A stretch of 64,000 nt of DNA, taken from the human T2T-CHM13v2.0 reference genome, Homo sapiens. Location of the stretch: NCBI RefSeq assembly GCF_009914755.1, contig NC_060931.1; one strand, given 5' to 3'. The position numbers and the translations under genes were made by a program. The notes below the pieces were generated by a model, which was not told the DNA's origin, made no database searches, and saw only the letters and a program-made list of their open reading frames with translations. This document shows, piece after piece, positions 33,186-46,222 of the stretch. Numbering within the stretch: the stretch's first letter is position 1; every line of letters begins with the position of its first letter.

Positions 33186-33510
33186 CTTTCTTTCTTTCTT
33201 TCTTTCTTTTTTTGTTTTTTGTCTTTTGAGACAGAGTTTTGCTCTTGTTGCCCAGGCTAGAGTGCAATGGCATGACCTCACTCGCTGCAACCTCCACCTC
33301 CCAGGTTCAAGCGATTCTCCTGTCTCAGCCTCCTGAGTAGCTGGGATTACAGGTGCCAGCCACCACGCCCAGACAATTTTTTGTATTTTTAGTAGAGACA
33401 GGGTTTCACCATGCTGGCCAGGCTGGTCTCGAACTCCTGACCTCAGGTAATCCACCCGCCTTGGCCTCCCAAAGTGCTCGGATTACAGACACGAGTTATC
33501 GCGCCCGGCC
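33186..33510 (-). mobile_element. AluSq/Sx with (GAAA)n tail
   Basis: Full dimer; TSD ATGTATAT at 33178-33185 and 33511-33518. Confidence 0.92.
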
Positions 33511-33519
33511 ATGTATATA

Positions 33520-33750
33520 ATATTTCTTATGTGCCAAGCACTGTTATAAATACTTTATGTATATGAACTCATTTTAATTTTCATGACACCCCTATAAGGA
33601 AGAGGCTGTAATACTACTCCCATTTTACAGATCAGAAAACTGAGGAAGAGAGAAATTATGTAACTCCCAATAGCTATGAAGTGGCAGAGCTGGGATGGAA
33701 AGCTAGGCAGTCCAGCTCCAGAGTCTACATGTCTGATAACTACGACACTT
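33520..33750 (-). mobile_element. MIR
   Basis: CCCATTTTACAGATCAGAAAACTGAGG core. Confidence 0.75.
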
Positions 33751-34190
33751 GGGTGCAAATCCATTGTTTCAACTCATCAGTCAACGTATATCAATGCTCT
33801 TTTTAGTTATCTGAATATTACATTCTCATTTCAGAAAGTTGTACTAATTGCTACACTGTATTTTGTAAATGAACTGACAACAAAATACGTGGTCTTGAGA
33901 TTTTACTCAACAGGGCTATTTGGATCTTTTTACCATTCTGTTATCTCCTTGATACCCCAGGTGCCACATTCAGACATTCAAACTATCTTCAGTTGAACTC
34001 CCATTTACCTTCCCAACTTTCTCCCCAGATACTTTCTTCAAAGTTCTTCTTTCCATTTTCCGTACATAAATTGTCTTCTTTTCACCTAGTCACTTTAGTC
34101 TGAAATCACTTTTCTTTCTTTAAATTTTTGATAGTATTTCACGTGAGTGCATTTACCTGGCTCTCTCTCTATATATAGGTATAAATATTT

Positions 34191-34195
<5 letters not shown>

Positions 34196-34245
<50 letters not shown>
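34196..34245. repeat. (TA)n microsatellite, about 25 units
   Basis: Direct reading. Confidence 0.95.
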
Positions 34246-34248
<3 letters not shown>

Positions 34249-37200
34249 TTATGGTATCTTCTCATTGCCTTGGAGTGTTATAAAAATCATTGGTCACAAT
34301 TGAAGTTCTTACGTGTTTGTATCTTGACTCTTCAAATTTTTAATAGGATGCTGAACTCTTTGAGGGCAAAGACCTTGTATTAAGCCTGAAATAAAAGGTT
34401 TAAATTATTGTGTGTATATGTTTCAGCCATGATCCATCTGGAAACAAGCATAAATCCTTCCCAGATTGAAAAAGAAATGCTGAGGGCCATTAAAAAGTAT
34501 TAAGATGGGTGGCATTGGTCTTAAGTCAGTAGAATAAACTGCTCAATTAGAGATTATTCCATTGCTTTTCTCTGTCTTCCCAACTCATCGAAAACATATC
34601 AATCAAGAAATGCTTTTTAATATCTGCTATATGAAAGACAGGCTTAATGTCATGGTCTTTACCTAGGTATGTGTAACTCACAGTCCTGGATTGCAGGGAA
34701 CACACAATCTAGTTGGGCTTCTGGACTTTATACCTATCTATAACATATAACTAGCACCCCTAGCAATTTTAAGTACTAAAATTGTCCTGACCATGTGAGA
34801 GTTTACAAGATGTTGGCATGCCCAGTCCATGAAAGTCAGCTTTAACCTGGGCCCAGAAGATTGTAAAAAACAGAGCACAGAGGAAGGGTATTTCAGGTAG
34901 GCATATTTCCAATGAGCAAAAAGAAACATGTTTGTTACATGTTTAGAAAATAGTATTCTGAATGGTTCAGTAATGGAAGATATAAATTGTAAGGTTGAAG
35001 TGCATAAAACTATAACTATCATATACATTTCAGATTCTTAGGCCCTGGGAAGCCAGTAAGGGATTTTGAGGTTGGCAGTAATATTATGAGAAGGCTGGTT
35101 TAGGAGAATGAATCTGGCATTATAGTGCAGGTAGACTGAAGAGAGATTGGAGGCAGGGTATTTAGTAAAGAATTACTAGAAAACTTACATTCAGAGACTT
35201 TAGAATTTGGCATGCCTTTCTTGTACAAGGCTCATTTAGGTAGAAGAGAAGATAGAAACTCAAAAAGGTAAAGAGAATTGCATGAGAACGTGATAAAATA
35301 TTTTTGTTTTAAAGTTTATTTCTGTTTTTAATAATATATTTATAATTAAAAAATCATTATCTTTAAAAATGAACTTAAAAGAAAAAGATTGAATCAAGGG
35401 CAATTCTACCAAATATCTATGTATAACTCTATCTATCTGTCTATATTTGGGTAGAAACATAGTAAAGAACATAGCTATATGAAATGGATAAAAACTTGAG
35501 ATTTTGCCATTCAATAGACTATTTGTCTTAGATATTAAAGTATCTTTTTACATTTATGGAAAACAGTATGCTAATAAATAATTTCTAGCTATATTGCATT
35601 ATTTGACAACCAGTCATGTGTAATTTCCATTACATTAATGGTAGCAGTAAACATGAAAATGATGTCTCATGATTCGTTGATGAGCTTTATTATTTTGTTG
35701 CTGGATTTATTATTAAGACAGCTCACATCATTTTCACATCATTTAGTAGATTCAACATGTTTTCAAGGCTACTGACATTTCTGCTGGTTTTGAGTGGCTT
35801 TTAATGTTTATTTGCACTTGGGTAGGAACTGAAAAATGTCACCAAAAGACAGTTACTCATTTCCATTAAGGAGCCATGATGTATGGATGGTAATACGTTT
35901 TCATCTGAGTCCAAGGTAAACACAAAGAAAGAATACTCATAAAATCTGAAGCCCTGGCCCATTTGCTCAAGAAATTTCCTTATAAGTGATAACGTTAGCC
36001 ATTATTTAATTTCTTGTGATATATGTAATAATTTCATAGCCAAAGGCCACCAAAGGAAAGTGACATTTAAACAAAAATGAGTTGCAGTTTAATTGGTTTG
36101 GAAACATATCTCAGAGTGTCTGCAATATTATAAAACTTATTGAATACGTCTTCCAGCATGAGATCTTATAAAATTTGATGTACTATTACTTAACACAGAG
36201 TTCCAACCTATCCTTAAATGCAGGGATACTGTTCTATGGCCAGAAGTTTATTCATGTGTTCATTTATGTATTTAGGCAGTGAATGTTTATTGAGTGCGTA
36301 AGTAACTGTGATGTAAGATAAAAAAGGGATAACTGTTAAAAAAAAAAAGACATCTGTGGATGGAATGCTAATGAAGATAGAACCCTACTGCTCTAGGTAT
36401 TCATAGTAGGGCTTAGTGACTTCTTATATAGGCTCCTATGAAATTATAAAAGTCTCTTAATTCTTCCACCAGGACAGACCAAGATGTTCAGGAGATTTCA
36501 CACACATTTTCAGTGTTGGTATACATCTAAATGTAAGTGCATCCCTGAAAGTATAGTAGGAGAATAAAGGAATTATCAAGATTGATGTCCAGGTTACTAG
36601 CTCACATGATCTCTTTCTCTTTCTTTGCACATGTATTGGTAGTTGAGATAAAACACTACTCCTAGCCAAATGTGGAATTTGAGAGAAATGGTCTAAAGAT
36701 AGTTTTGGTGGAAATTCGGCCCACTTGACTGAAGTTGAAAATTAGTTTTCTTTGGAGTATACACATTGACTTGAGTCAAAAAGATACATGTGCAGACATG
36801 GAGAGTTGTAGGATTCAAAGTTTTACAGCTATTAAGAGAACACGAGCGAAGGTTCTCAGACTGTGGAGTGCACTAACTCCCTACTTCCCTGACAGCTTAG
36901 TCCAAGGAAACTGTACAGCTAGATCTTGTGCCTGTGTGCAGGTGTGCGCTCCTCTTAGCTGCACATGGTGCAGTGCTTCCTCAACAGAAGTGGAAGAAAT
37001 GAAGGCAGTCAAGGGAATGGAGAGTCTCATTGTCAACCTCACTAAAGGTTTTTCAGTAAAATGTCAACCTTACTATAGATTTTTTAGGGTCTAATGCCTT
37101 AGGCTGATGGCATTTTTGACTCAAATATGATTATTTTGACAAGATTTATAATTTAGTTATGGCAAAGTCATTCCACTATTATCATTTAATTCTAATCTAT

Positions 37201-37641
37201 TTTCCTCCTTCCCTTCCCTCCTTCCCACCCCAGCCCCCGATTTGTAGAACCTTGCCAGTAAGGTCATTAGGAAGGTGGGCAAAGGAAGTTGTCTATGATA
37301 AAGTAGGATTAAAATAGTAAAGAAAAGCACTAAAGAGAGCAAAGATAATACATACCACAATTTAACTTAGTAATCTCTATCCTATTTCCACCTTATTATT
37401 ACTCTGACATTTAATCCAGAAGTCATTGGGAACCTAAGCTATCTAGATAATTATTTTGGTACTCCACTGTTTGTATGCAAACACAGACATAAAATGAAAC
37501 TTTAAATTTCCAGAAATATGCAGAAACATATGCATTGCAAAAATGATTATTGAATACAAATTTGTAGGCAAACACACCATTGTACTGTGTTATTGTAACT
37601 CAAATTCTTAGTACCTTGAGGTAAATTGAGAAAAGAACTTT

Positions 37642-37680
37642 AAAACACAATGTCTTTTATCATCATAAAAAATATTTATT
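37642..37680 (-). terminator. PDK4: PDK4 polyadenylation signal and GU/U-rich downstream element
   Basis: AATAAA (minus) at 37675-37680, UGUA motifs upstream (about 37703-37740), ACATTGTGTTTT downstream at 37642-37653. Confidence 0.85.
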
Positions 37681-39796
37681 ATAAAAAATTATCACATTTC
37701 TCTGTACATAGCATAAAGACAAAAACACAATGTATACATTAATAATTTAAGTGGGCCTGAGTATTCAGTATCCATCTACTAGAATCCTAAAGCTCTTCCC
37801 CAGATTTCACAAAGGCCAATGTAGATTATTTCTATTTTATCAAAGTTCATTTGCACAGTTGGTGTAATTGAGATACTAACATTTCTTTTTTCTAGTGTTT
37901 TAGAGATAGTTCACAGTATTTGAGTTAATTAATTAATCAACTGATTTAAATCTTTGGTAAATACAAGTATTTACATGTAAAAATGTTTAGCTCAAATTTC
38001 AGTAAAAAACTGAAATGACAAATAACCTACTGCAAACTGTTTTGTATAATCAGAAATGCATGAGCTGGACTCCCACCATTAAGAAATGTCACTGTCTAGG
38101 ACTTCTGATGATAAAAACTGAAATCCACAAAAAAATAGTTGAGCTTCTATTACCATTACCAGAAGCACCACAACACTAGGCCACCATGAAATTACACACA
38201 AATGTCAAATTCAACATATAAACCATACTGATTATTTTACAATGCAGAAAAATCCTCCTTTTTTTCTATATGCCAGTTTAAATGTTAATTGACACGGGTA
38301 AGTTTATTATCTCAAAGCCTACTATCTTGTAAGAGTGAGAGGCATTTAAAGAATCCATACTGCTTTCAAAACACCAGTTCTTCCTCTTGCCAATGACATA
38401 TCCCAGAAAATACAGATTTTTTTTGAAATAATTTGTGGGGAAAATAGAAAAATGCCTGCCTTCTGCTTCCCTCTCTTCCTATATCCTTTCTTTCCTTCCT
38501 GCCTTCTTTCATTTTTCCATTTCTTCTTCTCTAAGAGTAATCAGCGCAACTGGTCTGCCAACCTTCAAATTATACCTTAACTCTCCCAAAAATACCATAT
38601 GCATTTCAGGTGTCATTCATTATCTCTCAGTCACAACAACTGACAAATGAAAGCATGCTGGCATGAGAATCTCTTACGTCCAGGCTATTTGCTTAAAATA
38701 ATTACTCTAAAAGGTACTTAAATTCTAATGTTCTTGAGCCATTTGAGAATTAGTAATTTTTAAACAGACATATTAATGCTGGAGTGTAGAGAATATAATT
38801 AAATATATCAAAAATATATCTTTTAAGCCTAGAAAATGGATGCCTTTGGATTACCTTCATTTCAGGGTAGAGAAAAGCCCTTCCTACTGAATTAGGCTCT
38901 GAACATGTGATTTCTTTCCCTAACACTAGTTTTTCCAATCTACTAATTTATTTATAAACAAAGCAAAGTAAGAGATATTTTTGCTGTTACTTTGGCAATT
39001 CTCTCTCTCCAATCCCCAACATCCCGAGTTCAGTGCACATCTAACAATTCACTCAAGACTAGGCACCTGACAATAAGTGTTTACTTAGTGTGTAAAGTGA
39101 ACAAGAAAAGCAGCATAATAAAGGAGCTGTGTTTTTATCAGAGGAGCCTTCCTTCTGAGTTTTTACATAAGTTGATGCCTTCACTGCAACTTTGAATACA
39201 ATGCTTTGAATTTTGAAACACTTGAATAAAATGTTTGAATGCTTTGAATAAAATTCCTCCTCTTTCAGAGTAAACCTTATTTTAGTCACCAGCATTTCCT
39301 TCCATAGCACATAAATATGTTCAAAATGTACATTGACATATATTTGTAACCACATAGTGTAAACTAAGTTTTAATCCTTTGCATGGCAGGAAAATGCTGG
39401 TATTCTGACACCAATATCTTTTGATGTGAACAAGAGGCCTAAAATATCAGTCTTAGTGAAACTGCTAACCACCATCTTCACACTCACTCCCTTTCTTATT
39501 CTTATCAAAAACAGATGGAAAACTGAGGCTTATTTCTTCAGGATTTGATATAAACTCAGGAGTTATTCTACATTAAAAAATAAGGAGCTGGCCATCTGTT
39601 AACTCCTGTAGTCTTGCACTAAGTTCTCCTGGGTCACAGAAACAAGCTCCATTCCTCATTGGATCAGTGTTCTGATTAAGGAGTTTTCGTTGCTGTCGTT
39701 TGTTTTGGAGGAAACAAGGGTTCACACACAAACATTCAGGAAGCAGCACTGGTGTAGACCCACTTTGATCCCGTAAAGTGTCCTGAGTGTCCCTCT
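37655..39796 (-). other. PDK4: PDK4 3'UTR (about 2.1 kb)
   Basis: AT-rich stretch with no recognisable interspersed repeat, running from the stop codon to a canonical polyA signal. Confidence 0.85.
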
Positions 39797-39937
39797 TCAC
39801 ATGGCCACTTCTTTTGCCAGGTTCTTTGGTTCCCTGCTTGGGATACACCAGTCATCAGCCTCAGAGCTCATCTGATAATGTTTGAAGGCTGACTTGTTAA
39901 AAACTGGAAGTTTTTCTATAGACTCAGAAGACAAAGC
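39797..39937 (-). CDS. PDK4: PDK4 coding exon 11 (141 nt including TGA; ALSSESIEKLPVFNK...DDWCIPSREPKNLAKEVAM*)
   Basis: Acceptor TTTAG|G; stop TGA at 39799-39797; exon lengths sum to 1236 nt. Confidence 0.98.
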   Translation of the reverse strand, partial: ALSSESIEKLPVFNKSAFKHYQMSSEADDWCIPSREPKNLAKEVAM

Positions 39938-40264
39938 CTAAAAGAAAAGGGGGGAAAAACATGAGACCAAAGAAATTATGCATGGCATAATTTGCACTTG
40001 AAGTTATTACTCAAAATACATTCAGAGGTAAGTATCCAAACATTCAAATACATTCATTTAATTGACACAGTAATAAGAGCACACTGGTGCCTGCACTCAG
40101 TCTATGGCTCTTTCTTAATAGTTTGAAGACTTTTGCTCATTTAAGAAGTGAATACATTAACTATTTCAGATGGTGAAAAGGCCATTTGGCAAGTAATTCC
40201 AGTGCAAAAAATGGGAGCCTGAAAGTTTAATGTTTTAGTTGCTAATATCTATATTTTCAGTTGA

Positions 40265-40649
<385 letters not shown>

Positions 40650-41166
40650 AACATGCACCAAGTTTTTAAGTTCAAACAGTGAATGTCTGGCACCCCACTG
40701 ACAGCTTTGGAACAGTCAGCTTTCCTTTCCCAGGATTTCTAACAAGGTCAGCTTAAGGACTTGAGTATCTTGATACCTGTTATTTTTTCAGGCTGGAACA
40801 TTATTAGCATATATTTCCCACAAATCTAAGTAAAATAAAAGCACAGCTACTCTCATAGATGCCAAAAGGAGTTGCCTTAAAAAATTCACATGAACATGTC
40901 CTCATTCTGAAACTTTGGTAATGTATTAACCTTCTTAGGAAACAATTTTGCTTCACTTGAGGCAGGTAGTATGGCCCAGCTTCCTCTTTGGTAAGTTATC
41001 ATATTAAATAATGTACACACACCCAGAAAGAGAAGAGAATGAATGACCTGTAGTCATTATTTGCATTAACTCAGTTTGGGGAATTCACTCCAGACCATAG
41101 CACTCAAGGCTATAAAAGGAGCAATGGTTTTAGAAACAGGATTTTGCTATTGAATTCAAGGGATAC

Positions 41167-41280
41167 CTTTAAGTAGATGATAGCATCTGTTCCATATCCT
41201 GATAAAGAGTAGAGATTCAGATCTCCTTGAAAGTACTTTGCATACAGACGAGAAATTGGCAAGCCGTAACCAAAACCAGC
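41167..41280 (-). CDS. PDK4: PDK4 coding exon 10 (114 nt; [38 protein letters not shown])
   Basis: Acceptor TCTAG|G, donor AAG|GTATCC; G2 box GFGYGL. Confidence 0.98.
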
Positions 41281-41574
41281 CTAGAGAAGAGAGACGTTAT
41301 CAGGTAAAGAAGTGTATGTGATCACTGAAATACAAACAAGCAGGAAATTACTGTCCTCACTGATACTAATGTCCTAGAACCTAAATAAATATCTTCTACT
41401 TCCAATCAGACATCCCTTGTTTCACCATTTTTAGCTTGCTTTATCATTCATTCTTATATCCTTCATGTCTAATTTTACTTAATTGATGAACTTGTCTAAA
41501 TAATCCCTTGCAATCCTTGCTCTACATTTAGAACTAGGTGGCTGAGATTAATTTAGCCATATAATTGTTCTTAC

Positions 41575-41685
41575 CAAAGGAGCATTCCGGGAATTATCCA
41601 TCACAGGCGTTGGTGCAGTGGAGTATGTATAACTAAAGAGGCGGTCAATAATTCTCAGGGGAACACCACCTCCTCTGTCTGAAAT
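41575..41685 (-). CDS. PDK4: PDK4 coding exon 9 (111 nt; [37 protein letters not shown])
   Basis: Acceptor TTTAG|A, donor TTG|GTAAGA; G1 box DRGGG. Confidence 0.98.
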
Positions 41686-41883
41686 CTAAAACAAACAAAC
41701 AAGTCATCAAAGCCACACATTAAAAACAATGTGCATTTGTCTAAATAAAAATGGCTTTCCTTCATTTAAAAATCACCTGGCATATATGACTGTTATCTAT
41801 TGCAAAAAGCAGACAGCTTTATTACTATTGACCCTATTTAATTCTCTCAAGAGACACCCAAAAGGAAAACAGAGAATGGTTAC

Positions 41884-41982
41884 CTTAATGGTAAGGTCTT
41901 CTTTTCCCAAGACAACAATAACCTCTATTGGTGTAAGGGAAGGCTGATTTTCCTGGTGTTCAACTGTTGCCCGCATTGCATT
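41884..41982 (-). CDS. PDK4: PDK4 coding exon 8 (99 nt; NAMRATVEHQENQPSLTPIEVIVVLGKEDLTIK)
   Basis: Acceptor TTTAG|A, donor AAG|GTAACC. Confidence 0.97.
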
Positions 41983-42994
41983 CTAAAACAAAGCAAACCA
42001 TAAGGAATTCAATGGCAGAGGAATGAGGGACAATAAATGTTTTTTTTTTTATGTTTAAAATAAAAGTAGCACAGAGGGTAATTCAAAGTTCCTATTTTTT
42101 TAAGTTAGTAGTAAAACAGCTTTGTAAATAGCCATTTATGAATGGGTCATGTAGGATGTATAATGAAAAATATTCATTTACTATGTAATATAGCTCCTGG
42201 GAGTAATGTCTAATGGAAACCAATTCTGCTAGCTGTCAAGTTCTTATTTGTAAGCTTAATTTAAATGTAGAAATTGGTTTTTATAGTCCATTTCCTAGCT
42301 CTCCCTTTTCTATCTTTCTATTACGTTTTACATCCAAGCACCAAAGACTACTATATAACAAATGAACAGTGAAATCATTGAACCAATTTATTGGCTTTCA
42401 TAAAACTTGCTGTGAAAAGGTTGTTACTATTTAAAAGGACAGTCAATAATTCTAAATTGAATTTCAATTTGCATTTGATTATCATCTAACTTTTACCAAT
42501 GATGGCAGAATAACTCTATGAGTTGTATCATTCAACTTAAAAATAAATCAAATCAATGAAAAAGTATCCTTTGTCCTTTAACACAGAACAAACTAAAAGA
42601 TGTTTTCCGTCTATTGGCTGAATCTCATACAGATACAGTCTTGGTTTTCTTAACCCATTTTCCTTTCTCACCACCTGTCTACTTTCTGCTTTCTGGTTTT
42701 TAAATAATATTAAGTTCTAGTCATTAGCTGTAGTGAAATAAAGTAGATCAGATGTTTGTAGTACAGTCAGTACCTCACAGCAGTAACATTAGAATAAGTT
42801 AGGAAACAGGAAGTTCTGGAAAGAGTTATGTCAGAATTAGAGGCAGATTTGTCTTTTTTAGGCTTCCTTCTCTCCAATTCAGGGGACTCTTGGGAAGCAT
42901 CAAAAAGCTTAAGGTGTTTTTCTATTTTTTGGTTTAAGTTCAATTTGATCTTAATTTAACTTAATCTTAGGACGCATGAAAGGATTTGATTCTT

Positions 42995-43325
42995 AGCACC
43001 TGGCTGCCTCAGACCAGTAACATCTGTATCCTTTGAGAGCTTGTTAGAAATGCACATTCTCAGACCTGAAGAATCAAAATCTCTGGGGTAGAGCCCAAGA
43101 ATCTGTGTTTTAACATGCCCTGCAGGCGATTCTAATGCATATTACAGTTTGAGAAGCACAACTCTACAGGCCTGCTAGGCAAAGTGTGCATTGTGGACCA
43201 GCAGCATCACCCCTTAGCTTATTCAAAATTGAGAATCTCAGGCCCCACTCTAGACTTCCTGAATCAAAATTTTCACTTTAACTAAGTCCCCAGGTGATTC
43301 ATATGCACTTTAAAGTAGATGATTG
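42995..43325. mobile_element. Two adjacent MER5-type MITEs in PDK4 intron 7
   Basis: Two copies of GACCAG.AGCATC...GAATCAAAAT...CAGG(C/T)GATTC motifs. Confidence 0.7.
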
Positions 43326-43796
43326 AAGGAACTACTGACTGTGCTCTTAGCACATTCTGGACTCTGAATGGAGCCATACCACCTACAGGAATTCTGGACC
43401 TGAACTGCTGAGTTAGGAGTAGGACCAGCCTGTGGGGGTGGAGGTAACAAGGCCTCATTCACTGAAACATTCACCCCATGACCTCTCTTAATGAATGAAT
43501 AAATGACTAGTTCTTTAATGGGCACCTGAAAAAATAATAAGAACTTCCTCTTGGCTGTAAAGCATTGATACATCATGAATTGTATGATGCATTCTCAAAT
43601 ATGTGTTGATGCTACAATGAGCTACATGTACTTTGTCAAACATTGACTGTATAGTTTCTTTCTCTTAGGAGGACTAGAAGCATTCTTGGGAAAAGATATT
43701 GAGGCTTCTGTTTTGTGGCGAATAATAAAGGAGATAAAAATATAACTGTTAAACCTTTTTAAAAGGTAAAATTTCAATTATTGTGAAGTATCATAC

Positions 43797-43873
43797 CTTA
43801 AATAGTTCAAAGAGCATATGATGGAGGTGAGAAGGAACATACACGATGTGAATTGGTTGGTCTGGAAATTTTC
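43797..43873 (-). CDS. PDK4: PDK4 coding exon 7 (77 nt; GKFPDQPIHIVYVPSHLHHMLFELFK)
   Basis: Acceptor TCTAG|G, donor AAG|GTATGA. Confidence 0.97.
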
Positions 43874-44094
43874 CTAGAAAAATAAAATTCATTAAGAATT
43901 TGTAAACAAATACTTCACTAAAATAAACCACCACATTCATGTGATTAACATTTTAGACTTCAAGAGGGTTGGCATATTCTCTACCTTCCCCATCCCCAAA
44001 TCCTGCCCTAGAAACTTACCACTTAAACAGTAAATATTACTGGCTTATATTCAAAATGTTGTTGTAGTTGCTACATAATGCTCTTTTGTTAATT

Positions 44095-44220
44095 GTTTTT
44101 TTTTTGTAGAGATAGGGTCTTACTATGTTGTCCAGGCTAGTCTTAAACTCCTGGCCTCAAGCGATCCTCCAGCCTTAGCCTCCCAAACTGCTGGGATGAT
44201 AGGCATGAACCACCTTGCTC
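44095..44220 (-). mobile_element. FLAM in PDK4 intron 6
   Basis: Single left-arm Alu monomer. Confidence 0.8.
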
Positions 44221-45088
44221 CATATGATTAATTTTTGTATTTCTCCACAAATGTGTGAAGTTGGGTAAGTGTGGAAGAACAGTGCTATAAATTAGATTTT
44301 GTGGATTATTTCTATTTTCAACATTTTTGTACTGCACAATTTCAGAGTCAAAATTTTATGTATTTTAAGACAGAAGGGAGAAAACTGTGCTTATAGCATA
44401 ATATTGAAATTAATGCTAACTATAATTTTCATATTTTTAATATTTAGTAAAATAACACACCTGATTTTTCTTGTTTTTTGTATCACCCAAACATTAAATC
44501 TTATATGTTAAATATGCTAAAATTTTACCAAGAGGATAAAGGAAACAGACAAACAAAAACCTCTTAATGCTTTTTGGAAAGAAAAATAAAAAGTAAAATA
44601 AAATTAGAAAGAAAAGAAAAATAAAAGTATTATTCTTCAGCGTTCCAGGCCTTGGCAAAGTTCGAATCAGAAAACACAAGGTCTGGCACAATCCCCTCTT
44701 TATTTTGTCCAACAGTTGGAGCAGTTTATCTACAAGTATTATGCAACAACCCTGTTTATGCTCAGAGATACGTTCCATTCTTTATTTGCTCTTCTACTTT
44801 TGGTATTTATTTACATTTGCTTGTCCCTAATCTGTTAGGCTACTCTTTGAGCAACTTGATTTTAACTGTCACCATAAACAAAAACTGTTCCTGTATAAAT
44901 ATTACTTGAGAAAGATGTTTACTTTAAATAGAAAAGAGAAGGTAATTCCAATTTAAGTATACTGTTTTGTTTTAAGATGCAACTATTTACCAGAACAGAA
45001 TGGGAAGGGGTGAAAATAGTGCCTTTCGTTCATCATGTAGTCACTTCAGTCATTCAGACAGTATGGGAAGACCTTGTCAGAATTGAAA

Positions 45089-45393
45089 TTTTGTTTGTTT
45101 GTTTGTTTGTCTGAGACAGGGTCTCACTCTGTCACTTGGGCTGGAGTGCAGTGGGACAATCATGGCTCACTGCAGCCTTGACTTCCTGGTCTCAAGTGAT
45201 CATCTCACCTCAGCCTCCTGAGCAGCTGGGACTACACGTGTGTGCCACCATGCCTGGCTAATTTTTATTTTTTGTAGAGACAGTGTCTCCCTTTATTGCC
45301 CAGGCTGGTCTTGAACTCCTGGGCTCAGGCAAACCTCCCACCTCAGCCTCTCAAAATGCTGGGATTACAGGTGTATGCCACTGAACCCAGCTG
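45089..45393 (-). mobile_element. AluJ in PDK4 intron 6
   Basis: J diagnostics; (CAAA)n tail. Confidence 0.9.
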
Positions 45394-45453
45394 AGCTGAA
45401 GATTTTTGAAGTATGTTCTGCTTCCAAAACAGTAGTATAAAACAATAGTGCAA

Positions 45454-45745
45454 TTTTTTTTGTATTGGGGTGGAGACATTTAACATGAGATCTACCCTTT
45501 TAACAAAATGTTAAGTGTACAATACAATATCCTTAACTATAAGCACTATGTTGAACAGCAGAACTCTAGGATTTATTCATGTTGCATAACTGAAACTTCG
45601 TTATCTGTTGGATAGCAACTCCCCATTTTCCCCTTCCTCACAGCCTCTGACAACTACCATTCTACTCTGCTTCTGTGAGTGTGACCATTTTATACATCTC
45701 ATATAAGTGGAATCATGCATCTGTCACTGGCTTATTTCTTATAGT
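45454..45745 (-). mobile_element. L1MA 3'-end fragment in intron 6
   Basis: AACATGAGATCTACCC...TAAGTGTACAATACA L1MA terminal motif. Confidence 0.75.
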
Positions 45746-46144
45746 GAAATTTAAAGTATTTTTGTCTCCAGGTCTTATGGGTAACCTCTTTAAGAGGATA
45801 TTTCCACTGCTATATCCTCCCTACTTCTGGTCTCTTTATCCCTCATATTCTATAGGAAGTAATCTTTCTTTGATCTAAGATATTGGAATATAGTTGCTAC
45901 TTTAATCCCATATTATTTGTTCAAAACATTCTTCTTTATGAATCCTCATTAGCAACTGAATAGGCAGAATTGGAGCCTTCCAGTTGAGATAGTTAAAGAG
46001 AACCTTGTCTTCAAAAAAAATGTGTACAAACTTTAGGCAAGAGAAAAAATGAACACAGAAGTTGCTTTATATTTACAAAAAGCAATAATATTAGGAGAAC
46101 ACAGAATTTTCCACAGGTTAAAATATATTTTACTTATAACTTAC

Positions 46145-46222
46145 CATTCACTTGTGTAAGCTTTAATTCTGGAGATGATAAATAATACTGATCACAGAGC
46201 ATCCTTGAACACTCAAAGGCAT
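46145..46222 (-). CDS. PDK4: PDK4 coding exon 6 (78 nt; DAFECSRMLCDQYYLSSPELKLTQVN)
   Basis: Acceptor TCCAG|A, donor ATG|GTAAGT. Confidence 0.97.

Noticed and set aside
39573-39848. 91-aa alternative-frame ORF overlapping the PDK4 stop (frameshift or readthrough extension)
   Set aside because: Starts at a GTG just after two in-frame TGAs, so a shift further upstream would terminate; no canonical slippery heptamer; stop context TGA-AGA is not a readthrough motif.
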